DNA of 63,836 nt, counting the filler, from Craspedostauros australis (Eukaryota): the NCBI GenBank assembly GCA_030167865.1. It is 6 parts of 6 records of this genome, joined end to end, with 100 filler letters (N's around TTAATTAATTAA, not from the genome) between each part and the next. Parts side by side here need not be neighbours in the genome. Positions count along the whole stretch, not along the records: positions 57,703 to 63,836 come from JALAGF010004299.1; 5 more parts are not named here. One strand, 5' to 3'. The notes under the pieces are model-generated. The model was not told the DNA's origin and searched no databases. It saw only the letters and a program-made list of their open reading frames with translations. Shown here piece after piece: positions 57,603-63,836 of this stretch; positions within the stretch are counted from its first letter, which is position 1; each line of letters opens with the position of its first letter. The translations under genes were made by a program, and so were the position numbers.

Positions 57603-57702
57603 NNNNNNNNNNNNNNNNNNNNNNNNNNNNNNNNNNNNNNNNNNNNTTAATTAATTAANNNNNNNNNNNNNNNNNNNNNNNNNNNNNNNNNNNNNNNNNN
57701 NN
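57603..57702. other. Artificial contig linker
   Basis: N-TTAATTAATTAA-N. Confidence 0.99.
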
Positions 57703-60700
57703 GATGCTTGCAAGCGGCCGTTTGCGGACCTGGAAGCGGGGGAAGATGCTGGATTGACTGGGTGTTCCACTGTTGTTGTTGTTGTTGCTGCTGCTGCTGC
57801 TCTTGGCATTGGTGTTCAGGCGAGATTCATGACCAGAGGTTGGGATGTTGGTGGCGAGCCAGTCACTCCCGTGGACCTTTCGTTTGGTCCTCCTTCTCTT
57901 TGTGCTTCTCGTGCGCTGGAACATCTTGGATGTCGTGGGAGACTGTACGCTTGCCGTCGTTGCTGCTGTCGTTGCTGCTGCAGCGGTTGCTGATTGATTC
58001 AGATCCTTCTGCATCTCTTGAGACTCGATGGCAGTGTGCGGCAACTTGTCCGGCGAATCCTGAATCTCGATCACTTCAATCTCAGCTGCTTCAGCGCCTC
58101 TCTCTTTCGCAGAATCATCGGAGTCGTCATCAGCGCCACTGTCATCACTGTCAGATGAATCGCTGCTGACGGATATCGTGTCTTGGCTTGTGACGGGCGT
58201 TGGTTTGGTCGACGCTGTCGTTTTGGACGCACAAGTAACCGATGCAACCCGATTCTTCTGCGACTGTTCAGGGTTGACTTTGCTGCCATCGTTGCTCTTG
58301 TTGCCAGTGGCTATGCTTGGACCTTCATCCGTCTTGCGACGGTAGGATGCTGATGTTGCCAATCCCTTCGTGTCAAGCAAGTCGTCTTCATCTTCTTCAT
58401 CGGAACTGGGCATGTCCGTGTTGATACGCGAATTGGTTCCTCTGTTGGTCATTTGCAATCGTGACGGATCCTCAATACCAGTTGCATCAGCTCCCTTGGT
58501 GTCCTTGTGCTTGTCTGTGATCTTCGTGTTGCTAGTACTGCTGTTGTTGACACCGACAACCTTCTCGCCCTTCGCTGCCTGTTGCACCTCCTCTTCGCCC
58601 ATACACGAAGCCATCAAGTCTTCATCGAGCCGTCTGCCCACCGTCGTCTTCGGTTTGAGCGAGGCTGCTTTGATTTGTTTGGATACGGCGGGTCTGGAAG
58701 GTGGGAAGAGACGCTGCTTGCAAGTTAGCAGTCCGTCATGTGCATGTGCGGCTTGTCCTGGAGACAGAGACAATGGCGATTGATGGCTGCGCCTGCTGGT
58801 TGATGGCGATCTCGGATTCCTGCTCTTTGGTGTGATGGGGCTGGATGTTGGACTTCGCTTGCGTGAAACGGGGACGAATTGCAGCGGGGTGTAACTCAAG
58901 CGTCTTGCCTTGCGCCTGCCGCTGCGTGGTGATGTGGATCTTGGGGTTTGCGGAATCTTGTGCGGTTTGGTGTTGGTTGGTGGAGTGGAGACAGAACGCA
59001 CCTTGCTTGATGTGGCGGCAGCCGCAGCTGCAGCTACCGTGTTGTGAATTCCACCGACGCCGGGAACGAGAGAATCTGCACTGTCCTCGATGCTGTCGGT
59101 CGTGCCCTTGTCTTCAGCGGCGGATGCTGCTGCTGCTCCTTTCACTTCTGTCAGTTGCTTTGCTTGTTGCTCTGCGTCATAGTCTCTGCCTTCTGCCATC
59201 GCCAACAAGCGCTGGGCAGTTTCAGTATCCGCGGGTCCTGATGGGAACAACGGGCGCATTTCTTGGATGGTGTTTCGTGGAAACACTTGGCGAGGGACGA
59301 AGGGAGGTTCTGGTTTGCTTGTTGGTGCGGGTGCAGATGTGGTTGCAGATGCGGTTGCAGATGCAGTTGCATTGATGGTGGATGGTAATTCTGGCAATGG
59401 AATCGATGGCACGCCGGACTTCTGTGGCTTCCCTTCGTCTCGCGACCGCGCCTTTTGCTTGTGGGTGACTCTGCGATTCTTCATGTCTTCAGCATCAGCA
59501 TCGGTATCACTGTCCAAGTCCAGCAAGAGCGATTCATGGTACTTCTCTTTGCGGGTCTTCGTGCTCTTCGCAGTTTGTGGTAATGCGCTGCTGGTGTTGG
59601 CACCAAAGGCGCTCGCCTGCTTCTCCTTCTTTCGATTTGGCGACATTGGCAATGGAAGCGACTCGTCCTCACTGCTGCTGCTGCTGCTGCTGCTGTCATC
59701 CAATGGGTGCGAATGTTCGGAGTGTGCATCGGTCTTTGTTGTCGTGGTTGCTTCTGCAGCCTGCAGAATGCTTCGTTGGTCGCCATCACTACCATCATCA
59801 CTACCATCACTACCATCATCGCCATCGATCATTATCACATCACCATCGTCACCATCATCACCACCGTCATCGTTGGCTTCTTTTCCTTTTCCTTTTCCGT
59901 TTGGGTTTTCGTGTTCATTCGTGGTTTCATCTCTCTGTTCGATTGTGTCACGTACCGCCGCCTTGTTGGCGTCAGCAACATCGCTCTTTGGTGCACGACC
60001 AGCGTCGCCATCAACACCATGATCACACTTCTTTTCATTCACACCACCATCTCCTCCTGCTGTCACCGCCACATTCTCATGGCCGCAAGGATGATCGAAT
60101 TCACCGGCGTTCAATTTGCTCCACGCTTCCCCCATCACCTTGTCTTTGATGGCCCGCAACTGCTTCACCTTTTGGTCGATGCCAGCGGAAGTGTGGGCCG
60201 TGCTATCCAACAGCAGACTTCCCGATCTCAGCGAGTACCATCCCAGCGGTTTGTACATGCCGCCCAAATGATGCAGCCAGTCGCGTAGTTTGGCATCGTA
60301 CTCGTAGATGCGTCGGATGGATGTATCTCGTGGGATTGTATCGCCGTTGTTGAGAGCCAAGGGATATCGGCACAACGATGGACTTTCCTGCATGCTGTCA
60401 GTGTCCGTGCCCGAAGGCGCACCAGCTGAGCTCCTCTGATCGTTCAGGATCTGCTTCTTGGGTGGAAGCTGACTTGGTGATCGTGGCACATCATTCTGCC
60501 GTCTCCCCACATTCGATTTGCGAGTACCAGTGGGTTTGCTGTCGTCATGATCCTTCACGCTCATTACCATGGCGATGCGATGGCCTTGTGCACTGCCAAG
60601 GACGAACAGTGGATGCGTGTACTCGACGATGTCTCCTGGTCGCAACGGTTCCCTGCCATACTGTTTGTGTCTGAGTCGGTTGGATCCGGTTGGACCCACT

Positions 60701-62601
60701 TGCACAATCTGGGATGGTGACCAGCCAGTTTCATCTTCGCTGCTGGTATCCGTGCTGCTGCTGGTCGTGTTGCTGGCGTTGTTGGCGCTGCTGGCTTGGC
60801 TGTCGCTTTCGTTTGGACAGCGATTGTCGTTGTGACTGCGGTTGTGACTGCGGTTGGTGCTGCGGTTGCGGGTTGTTGGCGCTTGTCTGTCTTCCTTCTC
60901 GCGGTTGCTGTGTTTGCTGTGGCGATTATTTGGAGTCGACAAGTTGCTGGTGGTGCTGGCGGTGCTGGCTGCCTTCTTGATGCTTTGTGTCTTCTTCTGC
61001 TTCGTTTCGCCGTCGTTGTGCTCGCTCTTTCGCTTGTGTTGGTGTTTACTTGTGTGCGCGCCTTTGCGCTTGTGTCTGGCATACTTCTTGCCTCGGCGAT
61101 GGCCATGACCACGGTCACGACCACCATCAATATCATCTTCATCTTCACCTTCATCGTCATCCATGTCTGACCATTTCATGCGGTATGGAATCTCCAAGTC
61201 TTCATCGGCAATGTCGCATCCATGGGCATGCTCTTTGGTATCCGCCTTGTGTTCCTTTCGCTGTTGTTGCTGTTGCACTTGGGCTTGTAGTTGGCGTCTC
61301 TGCTGCCTTGCAAGTCTCCGTTCCATCACAGTATCCTCACTTTCCGATGACGAAAGAGAAGAGGACTTGGCGAACTTGCCGTGATCATGCCCATGCCTCC
61401 TCGACAGTGAGAATCTCTTCTTCTTCTTCTTCTTCTTCTTCTTCTTCTTCTCCGAACAGTGGGTGTGCAACTTCGTTGAGGTTGGGGATGGTGCTGGCGA
61501 TTCTTCTTCTTCATTATCGTTGTCTGATCCATCGAATGAATTGCTGTGAAGTTGGGACAAGGAGAAGGGATAGTCCTCAGAGTCTGACGATGAACTGCCA
61601 TGATCACTTGGCATTCCAGTCTTCGATTCTGAATCAGAGCGCTCCGGATTTCGTGCTGATAACTGCTCTGATAGCTGCGCAGAAGAATCTGACGAAGGCG
61701 AAGATGGTGGGACGCACACGTCGGCAGATGATTCTGCACTGGATTCGTCGCTGCTGGAGCATAGCGAAACTCTTAGCACAATCGTCTTCTGCTTAGTCTT
61801 CTTCTTCTTCTTCGGCTGCGGGTGCTGTTGTTGCTTCTGGTGCTGTTTGTTTGATGCGTATGAGCTTCTCTGGATCTGCTTCATCTTGTTCCTTTCGTCT
61901 GCGTTAGCACTCTTTTTGCTGGTGCGGATGCTCGTGCGGATTGGAGATTTCTTCAGTGTCACTTTGGATTGGCGGTATCTTCGTACGGTCTGGCGTGTCT
62001 CTCCCTCCGCGCAGCTCACACTGGTGTCGCTATCGCCATCGCCATCACTGTTGCTATCGCCGTCGCTGTTGATGCTGATGTTGATGATCCGGTCCAGCTT
62101 CCTCCTCTTTTCGCTCTTTCGTTTTCCGTGATCAATCTTGTGCGAGACGTTCTTCATGTCATCATCCCGCTTGTGACGGCCGCTGATCCTTGCCACATCA
62201 GCAGCGTGGTGAGTGCGCTTGCCATCACCTCCACTTGCGTTTGCCAAAATGGATGGACGAGAGCACAACTTGCTGCGAGAAGAAGAATCTCTCATTCCAC
62301 TTCTTGATTTGCTCCGTCGCTTTCCACCAGCAGGGCTGCGTGAATTGAACAGAAATGTTTGCTTCACGGACTTGCGGGCCGAACGCGGCGCCTTCTTCTT
62401 CTCCGATGGTGAGGACAGAAGCCTCTTCAGCTTGTTGTTGCTGCGGCTGCGGCTCCTGCTGCTCGTCTTACTCATTGCCTTGCTTCTAGTTTTGACTTCG
62501 ATGTCGTCACTTCGACTTGCACGATGCTGAGCAGAGTCCTTGCGGATGCTGGTGCTGGAAGAGCGGTGCCTGCTGTCGGTCTTTCGGCTGCTTCGTGACA
62601 T
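57703..62601 (-). CDS. Very large low-complexity (S/K/R/D-rich), probably nuclear protein with one small central globular domain; runs into contig end
   Basis: Over 1600 codons uninterrupted; poly-K/S/Q tracts; structured island PLRPGDIVEYTHPLF..YPLALNNGDTIPRDTSIRRI. Confidence 0.8.
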
Positions 62602-62775
62602 GGTGATGCTGTGGAAAAGTGATAGGATGGGGGCTCTCTATCGGTACTTGTGTGAGTATCTCTATTTGCTGTTATAGTGCTTGTGTTCACAATGAAGGAG
62701 CGTTGCCTGCAGATGAGTGTTGTTAAAGTCTGTGCTTGATGATTATGGGAATGCAATTGATGCTCTCAATGACAA

Positions 62776-62818
62776 ATGGATGGATGGATGGATGGATGGA
62801 TGGATGGATGGATGGATG
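62776..62818 (+). repeat. (GGAT)n microsatellite upstream of the large ORF
   Basis: Direct reading, about 10 copies. Confidence 0.92.
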
Positions 62819-63479
62819 AATGATGAAGGAGGGGATTGCGTCAAAGCCTGTTGTCATCCTCCTTGGAACATCACACAAAAAGTGACTCCTTTCATGGTCA
62901 CTCACGTGAGACAATGCCAAGAGTTGATGCCATCTTGATCATCGTCCACAACCGAAGTCCACCATCTCGTGTTTCGCTTCAAGGCTCTCTTCATGTCTTT
63001 TGTTTGTGTGCGTCGTTGTCGATGGCAAAACTTGCGCCCGATTTTGAAACTTGGTTTTGGTGAAAAGTTCGCGCCAACACGCCACGACTGATCCGTGAAT
63101 AGAGATGCAATTCTGGCCAATCAAAGGTGAGGAAATGGATCTTGGATGAGCGTTGGAAATTAAGTTTGAGTCAAACTAATCGATATCTCACGGGACTGGC
63201 ATATCTGGACGTGACTCGCTTGGCTTCGAATCGTGTCTACATCGTACTTTCAATCTAGAGAGAGAGAGAGATGGAAACTATGATGAGCTTGATTCAGCCA
63301 CGTGGTGCGTCTTGAGTTGTTGAGAAGAGAGAGAGAAGACTAATCTAGAGAGGGTTACTTGTACCATATGTATTGATACGGTGCTACGCTCGTCTATTCC
63401 ATCTTGTTGCTGCTTCTCTTTCTGTCTTGTGGTTGGGTGGGTGCGTGGGTGCGATGCTCTGCTGCACGAGTACCGATGC

Positions 63480-63836
63480 TCAGTTGAATGTGACCTTGCA
63501 GTCGCTCACGTTGGCCAGGCGAGGAGATCCACTGTTCTGCATCATGAGACACCAAGCGTCCTCCAACATGGACAACACGTCATCATCCATCGGAGGTGGG
63601 CTCTTGTTCAGCAACTCAGACTCAGCCTTCTCGGCCTTCTTGTCGGTCTTCTTGTCAGTCTTCTTGTTGGTCTTCTTGCCGTCAGCCTGAGCGGAAGCAT
63701 CCGCGCCAAGGTACCAATCATCGTCATCGTTGTAGGCGCTGAAGCAGTACTCGCACACATAGTCCATGGTGGCCGTGAGATAGAGCTCGCGACCGTATGG
63801 GAAAGAGAGAGAACCAGAGGCAGACGCTTTGGGAGC
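63480..63836 (-). CDS. Possible 3' end of a hypothetical protein cut by the window edge
   Basis: Frame open to the window end (..SFPYGRELYLTATMDYVCEYCF..KKTDKKTDKK..). Confidence 0.45.
   Translation of the reverse strand, partial: APKASASGSLSFPYGRELYLTATMDYVCEYCFSAYNDDDDWYLGADASAQADGKKTNKKTDKKTDKKAEKAESELLNKSPPPMDDDVLSMLEDAWCLMMQNSGSPRLANVSDCKVTFN

Overview
Eukaryotic, intron-containing, gene-dense nuclear DNA, almost certainly from a diatom (probably pennate). Evidence is a silicon-transporter (SIT) C-terminus, bipartite plastid presequences cleaved before F, and typical diatom gene families. The window is six contigs joined by artificial 100-bp N-TTAATTAATTAA-N linkers, so adjacency across linkers is meaningless. 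About 4.6 kb (25071-29641) recurs as an apparently identical inverted copy (41057-45627), most likely an unmerged contig overlap. Recognisable genes: DUF547 protein, RFC small subunit, thioredoxin-like protein, ankyrin-BTB, GST-C-like protein, a plastid protein with 50-aa helical repeats, SRPBCC-like protein, JmjC/cupin, QCR9, intradiol-dioxygenase-like protein, MEMO1, a Tat-signal SDR, a membrane RING-H2 ligase, an LpqC/PHB-depolymerase-like esterase, SIT, DEP-MerA-like and FAD-monooxygenase pseudogenes, and an LRR-like protein. The most interesting items are a single-chain receptor (phosphonate/phosphate-type periplasmic-binding domain, TM, split but intact kinase, class III cyclase) and an intron-split TGA exactly at the redox Cys of the MerA-like gene. 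All family calls come from motif recognition only; no searches were run.
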